Position numbers and translations under genes: made by a program
Notes under the pieces: generated by a model
What the model was told of the DNA's origin: nothing
Database searches by the model: none
What the model saw: only the letters and a program-made list of their open reading frames with translations
Source: Patescibacteria group bacterium
GTDB lineage: Bacteria > Patescibacteriota > Patescibacteriia > JAZDEU01
DNA: 64,000 nt
Assembly (NCBI GenBank): GCA_042568285.1
Contig: JBHPIX010000001.1
Span: forward strand, 539 to 64,538
Direction: 5' to 3'
Part shown: piece by piece, positions 47,147 through 57,158 of the stretch
Numbering within the stretch: position 1 is the first letter of the stretch
Layout of the letters: each line of letters begins with the position of its first letter

Positions 47147-49747
47147 ATGCAAAAAAAACTTTTCTCAATCATACTAATTTCTTTTTGTATGATTTTTTGC
47201 GTTGGAACTATAAAAGCGCAGGAAATTGTCGCTGATGAAGCGAATTTAGATATTACTGTTGAGCAAAATGAAACTGCGCAGGAAGATGCTGGAATGACAG
47301 CTGAAACAGAAGCAACTGAAACCGCAGACACGACAACAGGCATGGCAGAAGAAACAACTGGCGCGACAGAAGCTCCATCTTCAGAACAAGTAGCGGCAGA
47401 AGTAAAAGAAATGACTGAAGACATTGAAGCGCAGGCTATAGTTGACGGTGATGTGAACATAGAAGCTGAAGATTTTGGCATCTCTGAACCTACTATGCTT
47501 CCTGATAGTCCATGGTATTTTACAAAAAGTTTATGGCGCGGAGTAAAATCAGCTGTAACATTTAATCCAATCAAAAAAGCTGAATTAAAATTGCAATTTG
47601 CTAATGAAAAATTAATTGAGACAAAAAAATTAGCAGAAAAAACAGGAGCAACCGGCGCGATAGAAAATGCTCTTGAAAGTTATCAGAACGAAGTTGACAA
47701 AGTAAAAGAAAAAATTGATAATATTAAAGAAACAGTAAAAGAAAATCCTAATGTGGATAAATTTTTAGATAAATTAGCTGACCATCAAATAAAGCAAAAA
47801 AAACTTCTTGATAAGTTAGAAGAAAAAATGCCTGAAAAAACATTCGCGAAAATACAAGAAGCTAAAGATAATGTAATGGAAAATTTAGGCAATGCTTTAA
47901 ATAAATTGGATGATAGAAAAGAAAAAATAACTGAACGGTTAGAAAAAATTATTGAGAATCAAGATGGAAGCAAATTTAAAGATTTTAAAAATATAGAAAT
48001 TTTAAAAGAAATAGAGGATAGAGCTCCAGAAGAGGCGAAAGAAGCTATACAGAAAGCTCAAAAAAATACAATGGCAAATTTTCAAATACAAATGGGAAAG
48101 ATGGAAAATAAAAAAGAAGATTTAATGGAATTTCAAAAATATATAGGAGCTATAGGTGGTGATCAGACAAGGCATTTAGAAATATTAAATGATTTTAAAC
48201 AAGGAGAAAATGTTGGAGAGGGAATGGTTAATATAATTAATGAAGTAAAATTAAAACCACTTGCTAGATTAAGGTATGAATTAGAAACTTTGCCCAATGA
48301 AGAAGCTAGGGGACAATTTTTAAATAACTTGCAAGATGGAGAGATGGGAAAAATGCAGATTATGAAAGAAATTGAAAATAGTCTGCCGCCAGAGATGCAA
48401 AACAAAATAAAAATAATAAAAGAAAATGCGTTTAAAGTATTTGAAAATAAAATGAAAGATGTCATCAAAGATCCTGAAAGAAGAAAAGAATTTTTTGAAA
48501 ATATGCCTCCACCTCCGATTGAACAGCTTGAGATGATGGATGAGATGAAAGATTTTGTTACTCCTGAGAATATGGCTATGATACAGGAAATAAAAGAGAA
48601 ATCAATGGATAAATTTAAAGAAAAATTTGAAGAAATGGAAGGCGATCCTGAGCAGCAGAAAATGTTTATGAAAAAAATGATGGGCGCGCCTGCTCCAATG
48701 TTTATGGATGGTAATATGGATAGGCTGCGGGCGATGAAAGAAATGGAAAATAATCTTCCTGATGAAATACAGAAGAAAATGGAACCAATGAAAAATATGT
48801 TTATGGAAAATTTTCAAGATAAAATGGAAGATATAGAAAATAATCCTGAAAAGAGAAAAATATTTTTTGATAATACTATGAATCCTGACGCTAAACATTT
48901 TGAGGTTATGGAAGAATTAGATAATTATATGCCGTATGTAAAAGATGGATTTATGGAAGAAATGAAAGAAAAGGCGTTTGAAATGGTTGGCGAAGAATTA
49001 AAAAATATGGAAAATAATCCTGACCAAAAAGAGAAATTTATTGAAAGATTTGCAGGGGATGACATGCAACATTTTCAAGTTTTAGAGAGAGTTCAAGAAA
49101 AATTGCGTGAATTTTTGCCTGATCAGGCGAAAGCTCCCAATGTCTTGCAAGAAGTAATAGAAAGGCAGACTGAACGGATGAAAGAAAAAGCTCAATTTAT
49201 TGAAGATCCAGAAAGATTTCAAGATTTTAGAAAAGAATTAGAAACAGGAAATGTAAATTATAAATTAAAACAAGAATTAATGAAAGATATACCAAAAGAA
49301 ATGCCAATTAAACCTTTTATCCCGCCAACATCACAGGAAACAATGCCATTTAAAAAAATAATGGAAAGAATTGAAAATATAAAAGAGGAAGCTATAAATT
49401 CACCAAAAGATAGAATGCCATTTAAAGAAGCATTTAATGGTGATGAGAATACTGGAGAGGAAAATTCAAATGTTGATATGTTTAATAAACAGATGGAAAA
49501 TTTTGGATTTAAAAAAGAGAATAACGAAATAGATTTTTCTAAATTAAAACAAGACGATTCTGTAAAAAATAATGCGCCTGAACCTGTGAAACAGCCTGCG
49601 CGGACTGAACCTTATCAGCAGAGAGAACAAGAAAGAACGCAAGCTGCTCAGCCGCTAAATCAGCCGAAATACTCTGAACCTGCGCCAGTAGAGCCAAAAC
49701 CAGCGCAACAGCAGGAATCGAAAAATTATGTTCCTGAACCAAACTAA
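47147..49747 (+). CDS. secreted DUF5667-like helical protein with Met/Glu/Lys-rich repeats
   Basis: signal peptide, LPDSPWYFTK...TFNPIKKAELKLQFANEKL.E. Confidence 0.8.
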   Translation: MQKKLFSIILISFCMIFCVGTIKAQEIVADEANLDITVEQNETAQEDAGMTAETEATETADTTTGMAEETTGATEAPSSEQVAAEVKEMTEDIEAQAIVDGDVNIEAEDFGISEPTMLPDSPWYFTKSLWRGVKSAVTFNPIKKAELKLQFANEKLIETKKLAEKTGATGAIENALESYQNEVDKVKEKIDNIKETVKENPNVDKFLDKLADHQIKQKKLLDKLEEKMPEKTFAKIQEAKDNVMENLGNALNKLDDRKEKITERLEKIIENQDGSKFKDFKNIEILKEIEDRAPEEAKEAIQKAQKNTMANFQIQMGKMENKKEDLMEFQKYIGAIGGDQTRHLEILNDFKQGENVGEGMVNIINEVKLKPLARLRYELETLPNEEARGQFLNNLQDGEMGKMQIMKEIENSLPPEMQNKIKIIKENAFKVFENKMKDVIKDPERRKEFFENMPPPPIEQLEMMDEMKDFVTPENMAMIQEIKEKSMDKFKEKFEEMEGDPEQQKMFMKKMMGAPAPMFMDGNMDRLRAMKEMENNLPDEIQKKMEPMKNMFMENFQDKMEDIENNPEKRKIFFDNTMNPDAKHFEVMEELDNYMPYVKDGFMEEMKEKAFEMVGEELKNMENNPDQKEKFIERFAGDDMQHFQVLERVQEKLREFLPDQAKAPNVLQEVIERQTERMKEKAQFIEDPERFQDFRKELETGNVNYKLKQELMKDIPKEMPIKPFIPPTSQETMPFKKIMERIENIKEEAINSPKDRMPFKEAFNGDENTGEENSNVDMFNKQMENFGFKKENNEIDFSKLKQDDSVKNNAPEPVKQPARTEPYQQREQERTQAAQPLNQPKYSEPAPVEPKPAQQQESKNYVPEPN

Positions 49748-49752
49748 AAAAT

Positions 49753-49812
49753 GTCATCCCGCGCTTGACGCGGGATCCATGAATTTAGATCCCGCGTCAA
49801 GCGCGGGATGAC
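49753..49812. repeat. family A pair
   Basis: GTCATCCCGCGCTTGACGCGGGATCC...GATCCCGCGTCAAGCGCGGGATGAC. Confidence 0.92.
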
Positions 49813-50018
49813 AAAAAGGATTTTTATTGCATTTTGAGCGAAACGTCGCCTTTTGTCATATACCAAAAAGCGTCTAAATGGGCGCTTTTTTTGTGCCATT
49901 GACAAATTATCCTTAATATGCTAATTTATAATATTGCTAATTGACAACTAAACAACCGTCCGATTTCGGACTATATTAACAATTTTTTGCCAAATATGAT
50001 GGCGAGGAGGAAGAAAAG

Positions 50019-50588
50019 ATGAAAGAAGAATTAGTAAAAAAAGAATCAAAAAAACAGGAATCAGCGTTTTCTTATAATGTAGAGCCGTATATATTATATA
50101 AAGCTATAAGAGTTTTTCATAATCAAAATAATATTCTAATCAATGCGCCTGATCTAAAGTTTCTTGGAACATCAATAGACCAAAAATTTTATAAATATAA
50201 TGATGAGTGTCCTTGTGGAATATTATTGACCTGCTTAGGAATGGAAAAAGCTGTGAAGAAAGATCTTATAGCTGTTGTCTATTCTGAAATAGTGGAAGGA
50301 TATAAATATAAGCAAGCTTGCTTTATAGAAGTAATAGTTGATCGTTTTGATTTAGCGATGAATCTGGCGAAAATTAATAATTATGAGATGAGTGCGGTGA
50401 AAACGAACATAAATATCAATATTCCTTTTATTCCTCAACCAGAAGATAATATTATAATAGATTATGATGATGCCATAATATTCTATAGGGAGGGAGAGAA
50501 GTTTTCCACTGAGTATATCGCACCAGAAAAGGCGGTTCTGTTTTTAAAATTTTATTTAAACCATATAACAGAAGAAGAGTTAGAATAA
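50019..50588 (+). CDS. hypothetical protein
   Basis: GAGGAGG SD and upstream TTGACA promoter. Confidence 0.6.
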   Translation: MKEELVKKESKKQESAFSYNVEPYILYKAIRVFHNQNNILINAPDLKFLGTSIDQKFYKYNDECPCGILLTCLGMEKAVKKDLIAVVYSEIVEGYKYKQACFIEVIVDRFDLAMNLAKINNYEMSAVKTNININIPFIPQPEDNIIIDYDDAIIFYREGEKFSTEYIAPEKAVLFLKFYLNHITEEELE

Positions 50589-50713
50589 TAGTTATGAAAA
50601 ATTAAAAAAATAATGAACATCGAACATTTCACAGGGAAGAAGAAAAAAACAGCACAAATTAAGCGCTGTTTTTTCTTTGACAATATTTTTCTAAAATGGT
50701 ATTATATAAGTAT

Positions 50714-50920
50714 ATGTTATCTACTGAACAGCTCAAAATAATTTCTAATTTTTTATCTGATAGCGCTAAAATTATATTCGGATCAATGGTAATAGGAATT
50801 TTTGTGCCAAGCGCGTCTGGAGAAACGCCATGGGCTACATTTATAATGGGATTAACATTAACAATAGCATTTTTGATTTCAGCTATAATTTTATCAAAAC
50901 CATCAAAAAAAACTTTATGA
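50714..50920 (+). CDS. small two-TM protein
   Basis: TTGACA-17-TGnTATTAT promoter ends 8 nt before ATG 50714; two hydrophobic helices. Confidence 0.65.
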   Translation: MLSTEQLKIISNFLSDSAKIIFGSMVIGIFVPSASGETPWATFIMGLTLTIAFLISAIILSKPSKKTL

Positions 50921-51000
50921 ATCTTCTAACTTTTTATATCGCTGCTGGAATTTTACTCTTGATAATTATTACAGGGGTAATACTTGCTCAGCGAAAATAA
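50917..51000 (+). CDS. 27-aa single-TM microprotein
   Basis: ATGA overlap with the upstream stop; MNLLTFYIAAGILLLIIITGVILAQRK. Confidence 0.55.
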   Translation: MNLLTFYIAAGILLLIIITGVILAQRK

Positions 51001-51002
51001 AT

Positions 51003-51095
51003 ATGAATTTAAGTATTCCAGTTTACATCGCAGGAGTAATCCTTCTCGCTGATCTTATCGGCATTCTTTATCTTAATAAATATATTACAAAATAA
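51003..51095 (+). CDS. 30-aa single-TM microprotein
   Basis: starts 2 nt after the previous stop; MNLSIPVYIAGVILLADLIGILYLNKYITK. Confidence 0.5.
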   Translation: MNLSIPVYIAGVILLADLIGILYLNKYITK

Positions 51096-51281
51096 GCATC
51101 TTGATTTGCACCGAAGAAAAAAAACAGCGCCGAACACGCGCTGTTTTTTATTAGACATTTCTTCCAAAATCTGTTTAACTTATAATAGTATATCCGTGTT
51201 CATCCGTAACTAATCCGTGTCAATCCGTTTTTCACTGTCAAAATACGCCAGAAAATCTATAAATTAAACAAACATATCTCT

Positions 51282-52787
51282 ATGCAAAATTATTATATAA
51301 CTACATACGGATGCCAGATGAATAAAAGCGACAGCGAACGAATTGCAACTGTTTTAGAAAATGTTGGATATAAAGTATGTTCAAAAGAAGAAGATGCTGA
51401 TTTAATAGTGGTAGTTTCCTGCTCTGTTAGACAAACTGCTGTTGATAGAATTTACGGAAGGGGAGTAAAGTATAAAAAATTAGAAAAGGAAAATCCTAAT
51501 TTGAAAACAATTTTAACTGGATGTCTTTTAGATGAAGACAAGAAAAAATTAGCAGATAAGTTTGATGTGATCTGTGATATAAGAGAGATAGAAAAAATAT
51601 CAGACTTAATAAAATGCAAGAAAATTGTCATCCCGCGCTTGACGCGGGATCCAGAATTTACTAAATTTTGTTTAAATAACTGGATTCCGCCAGTCTCGAC
51701 TATCCCGTCTCGCACTCGGCGATCCGAGGCGGAGTCGAGCCTAGGCGGACATCAAGTGCCGTGCCTACCCTGCCTACCGGACAGGCAGGCGGCAGGCAGG
51801 CGGAATGACAAAAAGGTGATTGATTGCGTTTTTAGACAGTCTGAACCGATCGATTCCATACATAACAAGAAAAAATTAGATTACTCATACCTCTCAATTC
51901 CACCAAAACACTCCTCGCTATTCAAGGCATACATTCCAATAATGACAGGATGTAATAATTTTTGCTCATACTGCGTTGTTCCATATACAAGAGGTAGAGA
52001 ATACTCGCGTCCCGCTGATGAAATTTTAAACGAAGCGCGCCAGTTAATCCAAAATGGCTACAAAGAAATCACGCTAATCGGGCAGAATGTTAATAGTTAT
52101 AATGGAAAAATAAACTTCCCATCCCTCCTTCGCGAAATAAATTTTATCCCGGGAGATTTTTGGATTAGATTTGCCACAAGTCATCCAAAAGATATGAGTG
52201 ACGAACTGATAACCACTATATCAGAATGTGAAAAAATAACTCCATACATACATTTGCCAATTCAATCTGGAAGCGATAAAATTCTTAAAGCAATGAATCG
52301 TAAATATACAAAAAATCATTATCTAAATTTAATAAAAAAAATAAAGTCTAAAATTCCTAATGTAATGCTATCAACAGATATTATAGTAGGATTTCCTAAT
52401 GAGACAGAAGCAGATTTTAATGAAACTGTTGATGTATTTAAAAAAGTGAAATATTCTATGGCATATATTGCTAAATATTCTACTCGTAAAGGTACTGTCG
52501 CTGGCTCTTTAGCGGACAATGTTACGCAAGAAGAAAAAGCTAGGCGAGAAAATGTTTTAACTGACATTTTAAAACAAACTGCTTTAGAAAATAATAAAAA
52601 ATTTATAGGTAAAACTGTAAAAGTGTTAATTGAAAAAAAATTTGGGAATTACTATATTGGAAAAACTGATCAATTTATAAATGTAAAAGTAGATCTATCT
52701 GAAAGGCGAGATGCGCAAGTATCATCTGTCGTATTCATAAACTGCAAAATTATGAAAGTTGCTTCATTTGGCATGGAAGCGAAGTAA
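51282..52787 (+). CDS. miaB: tRNA methylthiotransferase MiaB with an in-frame repeat insertion
   Basis: TYGCQMN..DSE, SCSVR, CNNFCSYC radical SAM motif, HLPIQSGS, TDIIVGFP, TRAM-like end. Confidence 0.93.
   Translation: MQNYYITTYGCQMNKSDSERIATVLENVGYKVCSKEEDADLIVVVSCSVRQTAVDRIYGRGVKYKKLEKENPNLKTILTGCLLDEDKKKLADKFDVICDIREIEKISDLIKCKKIVIPRLTRDPEFTKFCLNNWIPPVSTIPSRTRRSEAESSLGGHQVPCLPCLPDRQAAGRRNDKKVIDCVFRQSEPIDSIHNKKKLDYSYLSIPPKHSSLFKAYIPIMTGCNNFCSYCVVPYTRGREYSRPADEILNEARQLIQNGYKEITLIGQNVNSYNGKINFPSLLREINFIPGDFWIRFATSHPKDMSDELITTISECEKITPYIHLPIQSGSDKILKAMNRKYTKNHYLNLIKKIKSKIPNVMLSTDIIVGFPNETEADFNETVDVFKKVKYSMAYIAKYSTRKGTVAGSLADNVTQEEKARRENVLTDILKQTALENNKKFIGKTVKVLIEKKFGNYYIGKTDQFINVKVDLSERRDAQVSSVVFINCKIMKVASFGMEAK
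51627..51809 (+). repeat. family A element (183 bp) inserted in frame in miaB
   Basis: translates as VIPRLTRDPE...WIPPVSTIPSRTRRSEAESSLGGHQVPCLPCLPDRQAAGRRND. Confidence 0.93.
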
Positions 52788-52790
52788 AAC

Positions 52791-52825
52791 AAAAAACGAA
52801 TATTTTTGCGAATATTCGTTTTTTT
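52791..52825. terminator. bidirectional terminator
   Basis: AAAAAACGAATATT..AATATTCGTTTTTTT. Confidence 0.7.
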
Positions 52826-52842
52826 ATTGAGTGTCATTTAGT

Positions 52843-53268
52843 TTATGATATGCCCGTAGTAGCGCGAATTAAATTTTCTAAAACGAAATATGTTATAGCG
52901 TAAGAAGATATAATTATAATTACTCCGATAATACCGTTAGTGATAATGCTCTTCGCGCGAGTGACTTGTTCTTCGTTTCCTCCAGCTGTCATCCATAGAA
53001 ATCCGCCATATAGAGTTAGAACTAAAAATATAATGCCTAGGAATGAAAGGATATATTTTATGATTTCAGCAATTATTTGCGTAACAGATTTTTGTGGAGT
53101 TTCACTTCCATAAACAGTATATCCAATGTCTTCTAATCCACCTTCTTTAATTTCATCAAACATAGACGCTTGCGCTGTATGAATTAGAGAAGTAGAATAC
53201 ACCAATCCGTAGCAGAAAGATGAGATTAAAAAGAGGGAAATGAGTGAGATGAAAATTTTTTTTTGCAT
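52843..53268 (-). CDS. TrbC/VirB2-like pilin (CPR type)
   Basis: signal peptide, LYGGFLWMTAGGNEEQV..AK..I...IIG..II..SYAI. Confidence 0.85.
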   Translation of the reverse strand: MQKKIFISLISLFLISSFCYGLVYSTSLIHTAQASMFDEIKEGGLEDIGYTVYGSETPQKSVTQIIAEIIKYILSFLGIIFLVLTLYGGFLWMTAGGNEEQVTRAKSIITNGIIGVIIIISSYAITYFVLENLIRATTGIS

Positions 53269-53395
53269 AGAATTAAATTTATTTAATTAAATCTATAATA
53301 TTATAAGTATAGCAGAAAAGTGATTTATAGGCAATACATTATATTATTTGATGTTATATTTTTTTTATGATAAAGTATATTGTATATATTGATTA

Positions 53396-53420
53396 GATCC
53401 CGCATCAAGTGCGGGATGAC
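53396..53420. repeat. family A single arm
   Basis: GATCCCGCATCAAGTGCGGGATGAC, 10 bp before the nrdG ATG. Confidence 0.85.
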
Positions 53421-53430
53421 ATACCTATTT

Positions 53431-54237
53431 ATGCAAATTGCGGGACTGCAAAAAATTAGTTTGCTGGATTATCCAGATAAAATATCTTCGGTTGTTTTTA
53501 CGCAAGGATGTAATTTTATATGTCCGTTTTGCCATAATCCAGAACTTACTGGAATGAGGGGGAGTTCATTGAATGCATCGCATAACCCCCCCTTAATCCC
53601 CCCCTTACTAAGGGGGGGAGCGGAGAAGTTAATCTCCCCATTGGTAAGTGGGGAAGCTGATCATTTATATATAAATGAAAAAGATTTTTTCAAGCATTTA
53701 GATGAGAGAAAAGGTTTTATAGATGGAGTATGTATAACTGGAGGTGAGCCTTTGATGCAAAAAGATATTGCTGATTTTATAAAAAAAGTTAAAGAAAGGG
53801 GATTGTTAGTTAAGTTGGACACTAATGGATCTTATCCAGATAAGTTGCGAAATTTAATAAAACAAAAAATATTGGATTATATAGCAATGGACATAAAAAA
53901 TACATTTTCTAATAAATATAGCGAAGCATCTGGCGTTAATGTTGATTTAAATCAAATTAAAAAAAGTATAAAATTAATAATGGATAGTGGTTTAGGTTAT
54001 GAATTTAGGACAACAGTAGTTAAAGAATTGCATAAAAAAGAAAATATTTTGGAAATAGCTGAATATATAAATGGCGCGCGAAAATATGTCTTGCAAAAAT
54101 TTGAAATTAGAGATAAAATAATGGATAGGAGCTTTATTAATTATTCAAGTATAACAACAGAGGAGGCATTAGAGTTAAAAAAGGAATGTAGTCAATTTGT
54201 TGAAAAAGTTGAACTTAGGGGATGGGGGGAGTCTTAA
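53431..54237 (+). CDS. nrdG: anaerobic ribonucleotide reductase activating enzyme
   Basis: SLLDYP, GCNFICPFCHN, ITGGEP, KLDTNG, AMDIK, YEFRTT; contains an in-frame family B repeat. Confidence 0.9.
   Translation: MQIAGLQKISLLDYPDKISSVVFTQGCNFICPFCHNPELTGMRGSSLNASHNPPLIPPLLRGGAEKLISPLVSGEADHLYINEKDFFKHLDERKGFIDGVCITGGEPLMQKDIADFIKKVKERGLLVKLDTNGSYPDKLRNLIKQKILDYIAMDIKNTFSNKYSEASGVNVDLNQIKKSIKLIMDSGLGYEFRTTVVKELHKKENILEIAEYINGARKYVLQKFEIRDKIMDRSFINYSSITTEEALELKKECSQFVEKVELRGWGES
53584..53654 (+). repeat. family B hairpins in frame within nrdG
   Basis: AACCCCCCCTTAATCCCCCCCTTACTAAGGGGGGGAG = NPPLIPPLLRGG, then TCCCCATTGGTAAGTGGGGA. Confidence 0.8.
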
Positions 54238-54296
54238 TTTCAAATTTCAAATTTTAAATAAAATATTAAATATTAAAAAATATACTTACAAAAAAT

Positions 54297-54554
54297 ATGG
54301 AAAATAATAATGAAGAAATAAAAAAAATGCTGGCAGAAAATTTAGAACAGTCAAAAAATATTTTAAAATGCGTTAAGTCAACTCGTAAAATTATGATGTT
54401 TGACCAAATTATGGGTGTTCTCAAAATTGTTATAATAATTGTGCCATTAATTCTAGGTTTCCTTTATTTAGGTCCTTTTATTAAAAAATCAATGGGCATT
54501 TATTCTGAGATAATGGGAGAGCAGGGAATAAATATTGAAAATCTATTGAAGTAA
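54297..54554 (+). CDS. small membrane hypothetical protein
   Basis: coiled N-terminus plus one TM helix. Confidence 0.7.
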   Translation: MENNNEEIKKMLAENLEQSKNILKCVKSTRKIMMFDQIMGVLKIVIIIVPLILGFLYLGPFIKKSMGIYSEIMGEQGINIENLLK

Positions 54555-54560
54555 TCACTT

Positions 54561-54595
54561 ACACACCCCTAACCCCTCTTAGTAGAGGGGAACTA
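54561..54595. repeat. family B repeat
   Basis: ACACACCCCTAACCCCTCTTAGTAGAGGGGAACTA. Confidence 0.85.
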
Positions 54596-54602
54596 TAAAT
54601 AT

Positions 54603-55895
54603 ATGGAATTTAAAAATTCAAAAATGAATATGAATAATTATTTAAATCAATCTGAAAAAAATAATACGCAAGGTAAAAAGAGACTAGTTTTTTTAATAAG
54701 TGTATTATTTTTAGTTGGAATTGGAATTATTGTTTCATTATTTTTTTGGTCTGGTAATATAAATTTTAAAAATATTTTTCCTTCATCTGTATCTTGTCTT
54801 TCAAAAAAAGAAAATAATTCATCTAAACAGATTGTGGTTGAAGAAGAGTCTGCGACGATATCGGCAGTTCAAAAAGTATCTCCATCCGTTGTTAGTATAA
54901 TTGTTAGCAAGGATTTGAATAATTTATATAATATAACTGGTCCTGGAATATTTCCGTTTAATGATTTTTTTGGTTTTGATGTTCCTAATTATGAAGAGCC
55001 TGAGAATGAAGAGTCTAAAAATGGCAAACAAAAAGTAGGTGGTGGCACTGGTTTTATTATTTCTGATGATGGTTTAATTTTAACAAATAAGCATGTTGTT
55101 TCTGATGATGAAGCAGAATATACAGTTATTACTAATACTGGAAAAGAATATGAAGCAAAAGTTTTAGCAAGTGATTTTTTAAATGACATAGCTATTCTGA
55201 AAATTGAAGAGAAGGGAATGCCAGTAGTTGAATTAGGCGATTCAGATTCTTTACAATTAGGGCAAACTGTTATTGCAATAGGTAATAGTTTGGCTGAATA
55301 TAGCAACACTGTTACTAAAGGTGTTGTGAGCGGTATAGGAAGAAAAGTAGAGGCAGGTAATGGGAGAGGGGCAAGTGAAGTTTTAGAAGAAGCTATACAA
55401 ACTGACGCAGCTATAAATCCTGGCAATTCAGGAGGGCCTTTAAGTAATTTGTCAGGACAAGTTATAGGTATTAACACAGCTGTTAATATGTCGGGGCAAC
55501 TTATAGGGTTTGCTATTCCTATAAATCAAGCAAAACGGATTATAGAAAGTGTAAAAAAATATGGCAAAATTATCAGGCCATTTTTAGGAGTCAGATATAT
55601 ATTGCTTAATAAACAAATTGCGAAAGAAAATAATTTAGATGTTGATTATGGGGCATTAATTATTCGTGGAATGAGTCAAACAGATTTAGCTGTTATTCCT
55701 GGCAGTCCTGCTGACAAAGCTGATTTAAAAGAAAATGACATTATAATTGAAATTAATGGGCAGAAAATTGACAGTGATCATAGCTTGGCAAAGGAGCTAT
55801 CAAATTATAATCCGAAAGATGAAATTGAATTAAAAGTTTTACATAAAGGCAACGAAAAAATGGTAAAAGTCATTTTAGATGAATATGAAAATTAG
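54603..55895 (+). CDS. htrA: HtrA/DegP-family serine protease with PDZ domain
   Basis: GTGFII, TNKHVV, DIAILK, IQTDAAINPGNSGGP, PDZ GSPA. Confidence 0.95.
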   Translation: MEFKNSKMNMNNYLNQSEKNNTQGKKRLVFLISVLFLVGIGIIVSLFFWSGNINFKNIFPSSVSCLSKKENNSSKQIVVEEESATISAVQKVSPSVVSIIVSKDLNNLYNITGPGIFPFNDFFGFDVPNYEEPENEESKNGKQKVGGGTGFIISDDGLILTNKHVVSDDEAEYTVITNTGKEYEAKVLASDFLNDIAILKIEEKGMPVVELGDSDSLQLGQTVIAIGNSLAEYSNTVTKGVVSGIGRKVEAGNGRGASEVLEEAIQTDAAINPGNSGGPLSNLSGQVIGINTAVNMSGQLIGFAIPINQAKRIIESVKKYGKIIRPFLGVRYILLNKQIAKENNLDVDYGALIIRGMSQTDLAVIPGSPADKADLKENDIIIEINGQKIDSDHSLAKELSNYNPKDEIELKVLHKGNEKMVKVILDEYEN

Positions 55896-55904
55896 AGATT
55901 ACTT

Positions 55905-56997
55905 ATGAAAGAACTTATAAATAAAATTAAAAATTTAGCCGACAAAATTGTCGAGGTCCGGGGGTTACTTTGACTTTGCTGAAAAGGAAAAGGAGATTAA
56001 AAATTTAAAATCAGAAATCGCTGTTCCAAGATTTTGGGATGATCAGAATAAGGCTAAGCAAATTACGCAAAAGTTAGCTGATTTAGAGAGAGAGGCGGAA
56101 GAGTGGAATGATTTTAAAAAAGAGACTAATGATTTGTTGGAATTATCTGAATTAGCAGAGAAAGATGCTGATTCTGACTTAGAGAAAGATATAGAATTGA
56201 AATTATCTAGTTTAGAGAAGAAATATGAAGAACTAGAATTTTTTGTATTATTCAATGGAAAATATGACAAGAATAATGCAATAATATCAATTCATGCTGG
56301 GACTGGTGGAGTTGACGCTCAAGATTGGGCTGAAATGCTTCTTAGAATGATTTTACGTTTTTGTGAGAATAAAAATTTAAAGACTAATATTATTAGTCAA
56401 GTTATGGGTTCAGAAGCTGGGATTAAGAATGTTACATTAGAAATTTTAGGCAGATATGCTTATGGATGGCTTAAATCAGAAGCAGGTGTCCATCGTTTAG
56501 TCCGTATTTCTCCTTTTGATGCTGAAAAGATGCGTCATACATCTTTTTCTTTAATTGAAGTTATTCCTGAATTGCCTGAAAATAATAGCATTGAAATAGC
56601 TCAAGAAGATTTGAGAATAGATACATTTATGTCTAGCGGGCATGGAGGGCAGAGTGTTAATACTACTTATTCTGCTGTGCGAATTGTTCATTTACCGACT
56701 AATATTACAGTAACATGCCAAAATGAAAGATCACAGCTACAGAATAAAGAAACAGCTTTAAAGATTTTAAGATCTAAATTAAATCAATTACAAGTTGAAC
56801 AGCGCGCAAAGGAAGTTAAAGATGTGAAAGGTGATTATATGAAAGCTCAGTGGGGGAACCAAATTAGATCTTATGTATTGCATCCTTATAAAATGGTTAA
56901 AGATCACCGAACAAAATTTGTGTTCAAAGAGCCTTATAAAGTTTTAGATGGAAATTTAGATGAATTTGTTAAAGAGTATCTGAAGATGGAAGTATAA
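55905..56997 (+). CDS. prfB: peptide chain release factor 2 with programmed +1 frameshift
   Basis: ATG 55905, SD-like GGGGG then CTT TGA C at 55968-55974; SPF and GGQ motifs. Confidence 0.96.
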
Positions 56998-57018
56998 TAT
57001 ATAAATGTAATTGTCCAT

Positions 57019-57129
57019 GTCATCCCGCAAATTGTAGCAACAATTATGCGGGATCTATATAGGAAAATTATAGCAATTAGAAAGGAGCTTCTTATTGAAA
57101 ATTAGATCCCGCATCAAGTGCGGGATGAC
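57019..57129. repeat. family A pair
   Basis: GTCATCCCGCAAATTGTAGCAACAATTATGCGGGATC...GATCCCGCATCAAGTGCGGGATGAC. Confidence 0.88.
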
Positions 57130-57158
57130 ATTTAATAAATTAGTATTAATTTAATCTA

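Noticed and set aside
55905-55974. prfB frameshift as a novelty
   Set aside because: Canonical CTT TGA C autoregulatory +1 frameshift.
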